From positions 62,001-126,000 of the forward strand of contig PDIP01000004.1 in the NCBI GenBank assembly GCA_002811645.1: a stretch of 64,000 nt of DNA, in the 5' to 3' direction. This document shows, one piece after another, positions 21,951 through 31,317 of the stretch; the stretch's first letter is position 1, and each line of letters begins with the position of its first letter. A program made the position numbers and the translations under genes. Source of the stretch: Corallochytrium limacisporum Hawaii. Its lineage: Eukaryota; Protista; Pluriformea. The notes below the pieces were generated by a model. The model was not told where the DNA came from. It saw only the letters and a list, made by a program, of their open reading frames with translations, and did not search any database.

Positions 21951-23465
21951 ATGGATGTCTTAGAGACTTCTGAAAAGAAGGATCTGCTGAAGCAGCTTCC
22001 AGAGGATAGCCAGAATGTTTGGAAGTACTTCCTCAGGTGCACGGAAGTACCCAGACCGTCTGGTGACTTGGACCGTATCCGTTCTGCATTAGCTAAGATT
22101 GCCGAAGGTCTTGGTGCACAGACAAAGACAGACGGTGCAGGAAACTTGTACGTGATCGCAGATGGGTATAAATGCAGTCCGGATACTCCTCCCCTCGCAA
22201 TCCAGTGCCACTTGGATATGGTTACCTCCAAGAATGACGACACTGAATTTGACTTCAAGACACAGCCGATCAATTGCCAGCTTCGCACCATCAAGGATGA
22301 ACAGTGGCTGGCAGGCAACGGAACAACACTGGGTGCAGATGATGGCATTGGTGTAGCAGCTTGCCTTGCTATTTTGGAAGACAACTCTGCTCCCAAACCA
22401 CCCTTGGAATTAGTTTTCACAGCCGACGAAGAGACGGACATGAGTGGCGCTGAGTTTATGGATAAAGAGATCCTCAAAAGTCGACAGATGATTAATGTTG
22501 ATAGCGAGGAAGAATCGAGCATCTGCATCGGGTGCGCTGGTGGATTCGAGACGGACGTCACTCTGCCCGTTGAACGTTCTGAACTTTCCAATGACAGCCG
22601 AGTGTATGGTCTGCGGATTTCTGGACTGGCTGGCGGACATACCGGCATTGACATCGACAAGCCGAAGTACAATGCCATCAAAGTACTGTCGTCCGTTCTG
22701 CAATCCTTTGGAGATGGACTTCAGTTGCTGTCAATGAAGGGCGGAACTGCAGTCAATTCCATCCCCCGAGAGGCCAGCGCGCTCGTCGCTGTGTCGAGTG
22801 CGATCGGATCAGGCTTTACGGAGCTCGTCCAGCAGAAGGCCGATCAGATTTATTCTGAGAAGCTGGAATCGTTCGAAGTGGAATGCAAGGTTGATTCTGA
22901 TGCAGCGAAGGGCGGGCCTGATGTGAAGGTTGTCAGCGTTAAGGATACTCAAACAATCTTACAGCTGATCAAGGACCTCCACCACGGACCTGTCAAGATG
23001 TCCGATGAAGTAGAAGGCATGGTAGAGTCCTCTGCATCACTGAGTTTGGTAACTCTAGCCAGCGAAGAAGACTCTTTTGTTGCCCGCCTGTTCCCGAGGT
23101 CATCCTCCGACGAAGGATTGAACGGTATGTATGCGGATATCAAGAAGGCTGCTACCCAGCACGGAGCCACGGCCAGTGAAATGGAGAATTATTTTCCAGG
23201 CTGGCGCCCCAACACCAAGACTCCCCTCTTCAATGTCGCCAAAGAGGCTCAAATTGAAGTGTTTGGTAATCCCGGCCACATCTATTCTGTACATGCTGGT
23301 CTTGAATGTGGGTTCATCCAAAAGAACTACCCGGACATGGCATGTGTTAGCATCGGCCCTCTCATTGAAATGGCGCATACCCCAGAGGAGCGCATTATGA
23401 CTAGTAGTGTTGGTCGCTTCTACCGTGTGCTTCGTACTATTGTGTCCAAGCTGGCGACGAAATAG
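21951..23465 (+). CDS. pepD: Bacterial-type aminoacyl-histidine dipeptidase (peptidase M20C, PepD)
   Basis: VPRPSG, QCHLDMV, GTTLGADDGIGVA, LELVFTADEETDM, INVDSEE, GLAGGHTG, HAGLECG, SIGP...AHTPEER. Confidence 0.93.
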   Translation: MDVLETSEKKDLLKQLPEDSQNVWKYFLRCTEVPRPSGDLDRIRSALAKIAEGLGAQTKTDGAGNLYVIADGYKCSPDTPPLAIQCHLDMVTSKNDDTEFDFKTQPINCQLRTIKDEQWLAGNGTTLGADDGIGVAACLAILEDNSAPKPPLELVFTADEETDMSGAEFMDKEILKSRQMINVDSEEESSICIGCAGGFETDVTLPVERSELSNDSRVYGLRISGLAGGHTGIDIDKPKYNAIKVLSSVLQSFGDGLQLLSMKGGTAVNSIPREASALVAVSSAIGSGFTELVQQKADQIYSEKLESFEVECKVDSDAAKGGPDVKVVSVKDTQTILQLIKDLHHGPVKMSDEVEGMVESSASLSLVTLASEEDSFVARLFPRSSSDEGLNGMYADIKKAATQHGATASEMENYFPGWRPNTKTPLFNVAKEAQIEVFGNPGHIYSVHAGLECGFIQKNYPDMACVSIGPLIEMAHTPEERIMTSSVGRFYRVLRTIVSKLATK

Positions 23466-23539
23466 ACTCCCAGTCGGTACTATGTGATGTAATGCACGTT
23501 TTAATGTTATGTCTAAAATTATGCTGCTCCCATTGTTAA

Positions 23540-24364
23540 CTAGCAAATGGTGCAGCACCCACCGCAGCACACGCCAGAGCTCTCATTAGAGGCAATGACA
23601 ATCTTTTCTAGGCATCCGTAGTATCCCACTTCGTCCACAGTCTTCATGCTGCTCAGTTCCAATTCACTCAAAGTGTCCGTACCGAGCTCTATGTTTGTGT
23701 CGCACATCTGTTCAGTGATGGGTGCTTGCTTCAACAGCTTGGAGTCCCTGTGTTTTGCCAGGGTGATGTGGGGAAGGAAAGCACGATTGTCCAGGCAAGG
23801 TACTCCGTTCTCGGTCATAGTGTTGCGAAGAATGGTGCTGATCTTTGTCAATAGATCAACGCCCTCATGGTCCTCATCATCGACTGACGCATAGAGTACT
23901 CGATTGCTGATGCTCTTGACTCCCTTAAAGTTTACAGTCAGAGGCTCCTTCAACAGAGCAGATACCTTGTCCCTGCACAGCTGAAATGCCTCTCGGGCCT
24001 TTTCCCGTTCTTCATCTGTATATACAGTGAAAACACCAAAAGTTATATGAAACTTAGTGGGCTTTACAAGAAGAGACTTGAGCTTTGGTTGCAGAGACTT
24101 AATACGATTCTGGTGCAACAAAAGTTGTTCAAGAAGCTGGGGATCTCTTAAACGCCATGAAATAAAGTAGTTCGGCTTCAATCGTGAGCCCGAGCCCGTC
24201 TTTGACACCTTGGTCATGGTAGTCGCTGCCGTCCTGAGTGACGTCTGACTTAATGCAGTCCTAGACAAAAGGGCAGTCCGTTCGTCAGCATTCTCCTCCG
24301 TCGGCGTGACAACCTCAGCCGCGGAGGTCGGGGTCGCGGATCCATAATTATCCTTGGCAGGCAT
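23540..24364 (-). CDS. AKAP7-like 2H phosphoesterase with Cys-rich C-terminus
   Basis: PNYFIS start of the domain, two HxT motifs (FHITF and PHITL), LSSM...GYY tail as in the AKAP7 central domain; ends GVCCGGCCTIC. Confidence 0.85.
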   Translation of the reverse strand: MPAKDNYGSATPTSAAEVVTPTEENADERTALLSRTALSQTSLRTAATTMTKVSKTGSGSRLKPNYFISWRLRDPQLLEQLLLHQNRIKSLQPKLKSLLVKPTKFHITFGVFTVYTDEEREKAREAFQLCRDKVSALLKEPLTVNFKGVKSISNRVLYASVDDEDHEGVDLLTKISTILRNTMTENGVPCLDNRAFLPHITLAKHRDSKLLKQAPITEQMCDTNIELGTDTLSELELSSMKTVDEVGYYGCLEKIVIASNESSGVCCGGCCTIC

Positions 24365-25309
24365 TTTGGTCAAAACGGTGGCCTTTCTGTTGAACCCCGA
24401 AAGCTACGGAAGTTGGTCAAGAAAGGCCAAGATGAGACTGACAGCGCCTTAAAGTACCATAGGCTTAAGACTCCATCCATCTTGCACAACCTGGAGAGCC
24501 GCTATTGATCTCCAGCGTTGCTCACTTTCCACAGTATCCTATCCCGTTACGAAGATAGGTAGTTCCGCACAGCAGCAGGCCGTGACTGTTTGGCCCCGCC
24601 CCACCGTCGCAGGTGAAGAATATGACGGAGCACGCACACGAGCAAACTGTTCAAAGAAAAAAGCCACCCCAAATGCCCATAGGCTAAAGATAGAGACAGT
24701 GATGTCCTGTCGGTCGCTTGCTTCGTCGGGCCGCCTTCGTTTTTACTTTTTCCCGTCCCAACTCCCAAACCCGGGGGGCCACTTGACACACACAGACCGA
24801 AAAAAAACAAAGCAACGATATTTTTGCTTTCTGGCCCCCCCCCCCCCTCCCTTTTTTATTGCACGGGTCTGATCAAATACACCGAAGCGCTACCAATCCC
24901 TCCCTACGTTTTTGCCCTGGGGGCCGGGAGGAAGGAAGACCCGGGAAAGAAACACACACTCCCCAGTCTGATACTGTGTGAACTAGAGTCCTGCTCACGT
25001 TTTGGGCGGTTCTTGTTGTGGTTCTTACCTCTCTCCGAGCTCGTGGATTGGTATTCATGCAGCCATCGAAAAATTAGATGCAAAACTTTCAATACTTTTA
25101 CTATGAGATCTCTTACGCTTTGTTTCGCGAACGTACCAGCAACTGGTGAGCCTCTTACCGCGCCGATTCGCCTCCGACACTATTCGCAGGCTTTGGCCGA
25201 TGCCTGCCTTATCGGAACGAGCACCACCGATCCACATCCGGACCGTTGTAATGACGCAGTTTTGAGAATAATGGCAGTGTATCGGTGCTGGCTTTCTGAT
25301 GTGCCCCCC

Positions 25310-25358
25310 NNNNNNNNNNNNNNNNNNNNNNNNNNNNNNNNNNNNNNNNNNNNNNNNN
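25310..25358. other. Assembly gap (N run) flanked by C6 and G9 runs
   Basis: N characters in the sequence. Confidence 0.99.
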
Positions 25359-26645
25359 GGGGGGGGGAGGAAACGAGTAAAACGCGGGGCCGTAGGGCGG
25401 GTGGTCCGTCGGACGGGAAACCGGACGAGCACCGCTACCGGAGGGAGTGGTTGACCTGCTCATAGGCGAGCCCAACTTCCGTACGTGATGAATGGAAACG
25501 TCTTTTCGTTGAGGTATTCTTGGCCTGCGAAGGCGGGTCCGAACCCATGCTGGTTGGTGCGGTGTCACTATCTGTCCCTCTCCTCCCCCCGGGGGGGGGG
25601 AGGCGGGCGGGCGGGTTCGTGGAGAAAGTCCCGATGTAGAAAGGGTCACATTGAAATGGTCTGAAGGCGCCACAACGAAGGTGCATGAACGTTGTGGAGT
25701 GGGCAAAATCGCAAAGGTGTGTGTACCTTTAATGGCAGCACTATGATGTGTATACCAACATGCTAAGTCTCCATGAGGAGAAGAATGAAGAAGTGTACAT
25801 CCTTGTTAGGCTGGCTGATGCAACCTGGGCCTCGGTGAGCGCAGTGAGAAAATCCAATAGCCCAATCTGCATCTGGATCAGTGAATATGGGCAATACGAA
25901 GCTGCCTACCATTGCACAGAGTACACACGAAAGGGGTTTAAACGGTGGTAGCACATTCCTTCAGCAGAAGAGTAGTGAGTCTGAGCTTCGGAAGCTTCAT
26001 GTCATGTGTGGTCACAGCTTCCTTCAGTCAATAGCATCCGCCAACATTCGAGGCGGTCACAGGCAATTGACGATGGTGGGGAAGCGAATGAGTCTGTTGA
26101 GCTTCTGAGTCTGACTTACCGGGTCGCGGCGACCACAAGCAGATCCCGTTCGCACCGGCGCATGCCGTTCGGGAAAGACTTCAACAACTATGCGTTCCTA
26201 TGAAGGCAAACCGTGACTTTGATTGGGAGAGCCATCTCGAGACCAGGAACTTCAATCTGCTGGTAGCTCCAGACAATGGGCACCGACGTAGTATCCTCAA
26301 GCCTAGTCGCGGGAAAGAGCGATCCAACTGTAATCTACCGGGAGTCACCCAAAATGCAATACCTGATGCAGAAGCGTTCACACAGAAGGAAGCACCGTCT
26401 GTAAAGACCTTCATCGACGGTCTACCCGAACCAGTCCTTGCCACACGTAAGCATTGCAAGGCATTGGACATGTACCGCGACAACACATTCAGTTCGCTAT
26501 TGGGGCAGACACAGCAAGCTACTGGCGACTCCAGCGACAGTTCAGCCACAGGCTTTGAGTGTGATCCGCAGAGAAAGTGACATGTGAACAGTGTATCTAA
26601 ACTTACTCCTTTATAGATTTCTACAATAAGAAACTCTACCTTTGA

Positions 26646-27476
26646 CTATCCGAAGAGGTCTTTGAGCAGGCCTGTGGCTGTGCTATCCTCGTTGGCATTC
26701 CTTCGTACTGCCTTTTGTGTAAAGGTCCTCTTCATACGCTTACGATCTTGTTCAGTGTCCTGCTCCTCCGCACTGGCTCGTTTGCTTCTCTTGCGTTTCT
26801 CGATATCGGCTATCATCTTACTACGATCGATGTCCTCAAGGAACTGCTCAGTGGTCTTCTTGATGTCACGTCTTGCGGATTGCATGGACTGTTCTTCCTT
26901 TATGCGCTGTTCTCGTAAAGCGTCAGTGAGGTGGTGCCACTTAAACTTAGGCAGGTATTTCATATTCCAGATGTCATCATGGTAGAAATTGGACTTCTTA
27001 CCACCAATGATCTGATTGTTCAAAGCCAAGGCAGTCTTCTTTGCCTGCTTTTTGTCGAGGAATTCAACCCATCCTTCCACGTACTTTTTCTTTCTGTTGC
27101 CACCCATTTTCATACGCTTCTTGCGGATCTTTTCATCTTCTTCCACGAGATATATTCGTCCGATGTCACCAAATTCTGACAACAGATGCCTGAGCTTAAT
27201 GATCTTCATAAAAGGAGGAATTGTGCTCAAATAGATAACACCAGTGTTTTCAACAGCCTCCTTCTTTGCCATTAAGTCGTCTTTAGTCATTGTCTTTAGA
27301 TCTCCGGACTTGGGATGCTTTTTCTTTAAGTTTTCCTTAAGGCGCTTAAGTTCATCCAGGTGTTCTCTAACCTTGGGATCTGCCAGCACTTGCCGCTTCT
27401 TGTCGGGTGATTCCTCATTGCGAAGCACCTCATTCTGCCGTGACACGGCCCTTTTCTTCTTACTTTCCTTGCCCAT
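26646..27476 (-). CDS. ABT1: Pre-rRNA processing protein Esf2 / activator of basal transcription 1
   Basis: GVIYLSTIPPFM, GRIYL, EGWVEFLDKK.AK..A..LNN..IGGKK..FYHDDIWNMKYLPKFKWHHL. Confidence 0.96.
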   Translation of the reverse strand: MGKESKKKRAVSRQNEVLRNEESPDKKRQVLADPKVREHLDELKRLKENLKKKHPKSGDLKTMTKDDLMAKKEAVENTGVIYLSTIPPFMKIIKLRHLLSEFGDIGRIYLVEEDEKIRKKRMKMGGNRKKKYVEGWVEFLDKKQAKKTALALNNQIIGGKKSNFYHDDIWNMKYLPKFKWHHLTDALREQRIKEEQSMQSARRDIKKTTEQFLEDIDRSKMIADIEKRKRSKRASAEEQDTEQDRKRMKRTFTQKAVRRNANEDSTATGLLKDLFG

Positions 27477-28038
27477 GACTGAACGACACTGTACTTACAT
27501 GATGGCAACCCTGTCTTCACACAGACTTTGTTGACTACCCTAAGTTGACGTCTCCGTGTACCATATTCCGGAATAGACCACGAATAAATACCTGTCCTCT
27601 GGCAGCCCATTAGCCAGGTCCACCGCGGCAACGCTAGAAACCCGCCCCTGCCGGAAGAGTGCCACAGGCCAGGGAATCACAGCGCACAAACGGTGGGTCC
27701 CCCACTCACTTCTTCCGCGTGGTTAAGGTGAAAGGGGTGGTGAGGTAGTGTGGTGAAGGGTTGTGGGGACATGAGAACGGGTCTTTGCGCAGGTGGGTCT
27801 CTCTCCCGCACTCCCTCTCCACGTCTCGTGGCGCGCACCACGGGGGATCGCAAATTGGCACCTCAGCAGCGAAACCTGTTCTCCACATGTGTAGAGGTAT
27901 TCAAGCGACGGGCTCCTCTATATTTTAGGTAAATGAATGACCACATAAGTGAATAAAGATACGGGTGTAGGTATTGTGAAGATCCTATAATGGGAATGTC
28001 AGGAACATAGGTCAGGACGTGACCTGAAGCTAATCGCA

Positions 28039-31000
28039 ATGGTAGCACAAGTAGAACACACAGATGCGCTCGATGCGCAATTGAGCACCCACAGACTGCA
28101 TTCTGCAGTGCTTCGGGAGAGGACTCGAGTCCTCCTAGACAAGAGCAGCCGAGATATCGACGAATATGTCGAAAGTTGCTTGTCACTGGCTCATGATGTC
28201 CACCATGTGATCACAAAAATAGAAAGCTGGGAAGAGGAAAGGACTGTTGAATCTTCCATCGAGATAGCAGGTAAGAAGGTAGGAATTGTTGCCACCAAGA
28301 CTTCCAGCATTTCCTTCAAGTATGCTAAGCCGAAACTATTTATTGCTGGTTCTGGAATGGTAAAGACAGCGGTGGAAAGGATACCACTTGATATTATGCT
28401 TGAAATGCCAAGAGGGGTCTTCAAACCGAAGGATCATTTGAATTTCCGATACCACTACAAACGAGCAGAATATGCTAGAGTAATCTTTGAGGCACTACAG
28501 AATAGTGAGACAGCTTTCCATAGCGTCTCATGGGTAAGACACCCAAAGGACCCTATGAGGCCAATAATAGAGCTCCGCCAGGCAACTGAAGCCACTGAGC
28601 CGGTGTTACTTTGGGTGCATTTCACAGTCGAACCGGGCACCTTTTCGGCAGACAGATTGGCCCTTTCTCGAAATGGCGTGAGAGCAACAAAGATTGACGA
28701 TATCTTCGACACAGGAGACCGGGATTTCAAAAAGCAACTTGCCGAGGAGTCAGGAAGTGATGACGGGTTTGCAACCCCCTTCTATAACCAGTCGATTGCC
28801 AGAGACCTGTGTGCGCGATCGCACTTGCAGTACATTCACGAAGCCAACAGTCGAATTGGAGATCCCTTTAGAGATGGGATTCGTTTGCTCAAGATCTGGA
28901 TCCAGAGATACAACATCGAAGACATGTCCCATGCTTTGACTTACTGGACTGCGCATTTGGTACATTCTGATGTGGTTAAGTCAGCCATGTCAGCTTTGGA
29001 AATATTCCAGATCGTCCTCGGCAGTATTGCTTGCAGCAAGTGGGACACCCAAGGATTTAACATCTGTACGCAACAGGGGTCGCACACCGTGAGCGGCGGG
29101 TTGATAGTCATGGACCACGAAGGATCTTGCAACATAATGAACCAGATCTCACCTGAAACATACCGTTTGCTTAGGATCCTCTCTCAACGGGCACAGATGT
29201 GTCTGCTGGATGATGGACCTGGTCGGGAGTACATTGGCGGACCATCCATATTCGATGATCTTTTCGGGGCCCTGCGCTCAATCTTTGAGCCGTATGATGC
29301 GTACTACACGGTTAAGATCTCGGGGAAAACAAAGGATTTGACAGACATATCTCATATCAATTTGGTTGAGTTCCGTGGCGACATGATGGCTGCACTTGGG
29401 TATAGAATTGAAGAGGTTCTGCGCCAGGGTTTGGGTCAGCGAGCGAAGGTTGTGCGCGTTACAAACATGTTGACAGGCAGCGATAAATCAAAGACGTTTG
29501 ATGTGACTTGCCGTGTAAATTGTGTTTTCGATCCTGAGCACGCTTTCCGGATGGTAGACACGGGTCCACGAGCGGACGATGATGCTGCAGTGGAATTGTT
29601 TCGAAAATTCTGGGGCGAGAGAGCAGAATTGCGTCGTTTCAAGGACGGGTCCATTGTCGAAGCCGTAGTATGGCAGGGTAATCACAACCGACGCCATGCA
29701 ATCATCGGACAAATAATGCGCTTCGTCCTGCGTCGCCAGTTGGCCGAGTGTGTTGTCAATGTGGACGGGGACTTGATGACAGTGTTAGACCCTTTGATAT
29801 CCTTGGATGACGAGAACGGAGATGCCAGCCCAAGCATCTCCGCACAGACGGCCAATGTCTTTGAGCTGCTTACATCGCGCATGCGTTCCTTGAGTGGAAT
29901 GCCACTCCGTATCCTAGATATTCATCCCCTGAGCCCGCATTTGCGGCACACAGCTTTGCATGCATCCACAGCCATTCACTCTGGTGAGGATGGTAAGTAC
30001 TTCGATCTGATCGATGCACTCATTGTCGTTGAAGGCAGTGGCAAGTGGCCTAGCGATAGGGAGCAATCAAGAGCTATGTTGGGAGCGTATGCTGTACAAT
30101 TGATGAATGCTATGGAGGAACAAATCGAGGATGTCACGGGCTACTTCAGGCAGAATGATTCAGAGGATGCATTTGAACTAGTTGTTGTTCATCAGCAGCG
30201 TAGCTTCCGTTTCCTGCTGCAGCCCATCTTCCACAAAGAAGATGAAGCGGACGAAGATGATGCCCCCACATCGGACTATTATTGTGGGCCATTTAGTCGT
30301 ATCGCAAGGCAGCATGCGTGCCACATCAAGCAGATGGCGTTGACCTACCCGTCCTTCTCACGAATGGTCCGCCTGGCTTTGCGTTGGTTCGACTCTCAGA
30401 TACTTCTTGGTGATGCCGCTAGTGAGCTTCTCACTCAAGAGGCCATAGAGATGATTATTAGCTATCTGTATCTCCACCCAGGCCGGTTCCAGCGACCCAA
30501 CAGCGTGCCTTGTGGCTTTCTTCGTCTGCTTTCCTTCTTTGCGAACACGGAGAGCTTTGTGGATCCCCTTGTAGTCAACTTTGATGGACAACTGACAGGA
30601 GGTGCCATCAAAGATGCCAAATCCTACTGGGCGCAGCGGACAGAAATTACTCTCTCTATCATTTTCATCACGCCTCAGTGTCCTCGAATCTCGCCTTATA
30701 CTGCCAACCTCAGCAAGACCATTTTGCAAAGAGCGTCCTTCCTGGCGAATGCTGCACTTCACGGCTTCCATCAGGTCATCAAAGGTGGCATTGTGGGAGA
30801 CAACAAATCTCTGCTTGAACAAATATTTGCTCCTGATCTTTCAGACTACGATGTCGTCTTTACCCTGGCAAAGAAAAGTCTAAGTCGGCGGTACATGGCG
30901 AAGATCTCAGAGGCGAGCGAAACTGCGCGTGGGCCATCAAAGTACAAGAATCTCATTCCCGGAGCTTCTCGCAAACGCAAGCGAGAGTCCCAGAATGAGG

Positions 31001-31317
31001 GACTGATGCTTTTCCTCGGCGGATTTGATCCTGCCCAGGAACTAGCAAAGGAATTGCGGCGCCGGTTTGGCCACACTACCTTTATTCTTCACTCAGCTTA
31101 CGGAGGAAGCCAAATTGCTGTCAAGTTTGCACCCAGCAAATCCGCACTGCATGCCTTCCGTGTTCCGCATCTAGTACCAACTCTACCATTAGAAGATGTG
31201 AAGGCACGTAAAGGAGTCTCTCAGTTCCCCAGCAAATTGCAAGTGGACACTTCCCTCATCGTCCGCGACATGATTGCCGTTGCAGGGGACATGATCAGTG
31301 CGGTGTATATTCGGTAG
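28039..31317 (+). CDS. NOL6: Nucleolar protein 6 / Utp22 (Nrap)
   Basis: KDHLNFRYHYKRAEY, TPFYNQSI, FRKFWGERAELRRFKDGSIVEAVVW, EGSGKWP, RLALRWFDSQ, PLVVNFDG. Confidence 0.95.
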   Translation: MVAQVEHTDALDAQLSTHRLHSAVLRERTRVLLDKSSRDIDEYVESCLSLAHDVHHVITKIESWEEERTVESSIEIAGKKVGIVATKTSSISFKYAKPKLFIAGSGMVKTAVERIPLDIMLEMPRGVFKPKDHLNFRYHYKRAEYARVIFEALQNSETAFHSVSWVRHPKDPMRPIIELRQATEATEPVLLWVHFTVEPGTFSADRLALSRNGVRATKIDDIFDTGDRDFKKQLAEESGSDDGFATPFYNQSIARDLCARSHLQYIHEANSRIGDPFRDGIRLLKIWIQRYNIEDMSHALTYWTAHLVHSDVVKSAMSALEIFQIVLGSIACSKWDTQGFNICTQQGSHTVSGGLIVMDHEGSCNIMNQISPETYRLLRILSQRAQMCLLDDGPGREYIGGPSIFDDLFGALRSIFEPYDAYYTVKISGKTKDLTDISHINLVEFRGDMMAALGYRIEEVLRQGLGQRAKVVRVTNMLTGSDKSKTFDVTCRVNCVFDPEHAFRMVDTGPRADDDAAVELFRKFWGERAELRRFKDGSIVEAVVWQGNHNRRHAIIGQIMRFVLRRQLAECVVNVDGDLMTVLDPLISLDDENGDASPSISAQTANVFELLTSRMRSLSGMPLRILDIHPLSPHLRHTALHASTAIHSGEDGKYFDLIDALIVVEGSGKWPSDREQSRAMLGAYAVQLMNAMEEQIEDVTGYFRQNDSEDAFELVVVHQQRSFRFLLQPIFHKEDEADEDDAPTSDYYCGPFSRIARQHACHIKQMALTYPSFSRMVRLALRWFDSQILLGDAASELLTQEAIEMIISYLYLHPGRFQRPNSVPCGFLRLLSFFANTESFVDPLVVNFDGQLTGGAIKDAKSYWAQRTEITLSIIFITPQCPRISPYTANLSKTILQRASFLANAALHGFHQVIKGGIVGDNKSLLEQIFAPDLSDYDVVFTLAKKSLSRRYMAKISEASETARGPSKYKNLIPGASRKRKRESQNEGLMLFLGGFDPAQELAKELRRRFGHTTFILHSAYGGSQIAVKFAPSKSALHAFRVPHLVPTLPLEDVKARKGVSQFPSKLQVDTSLIVRDMIAVAGDMISAVYIR

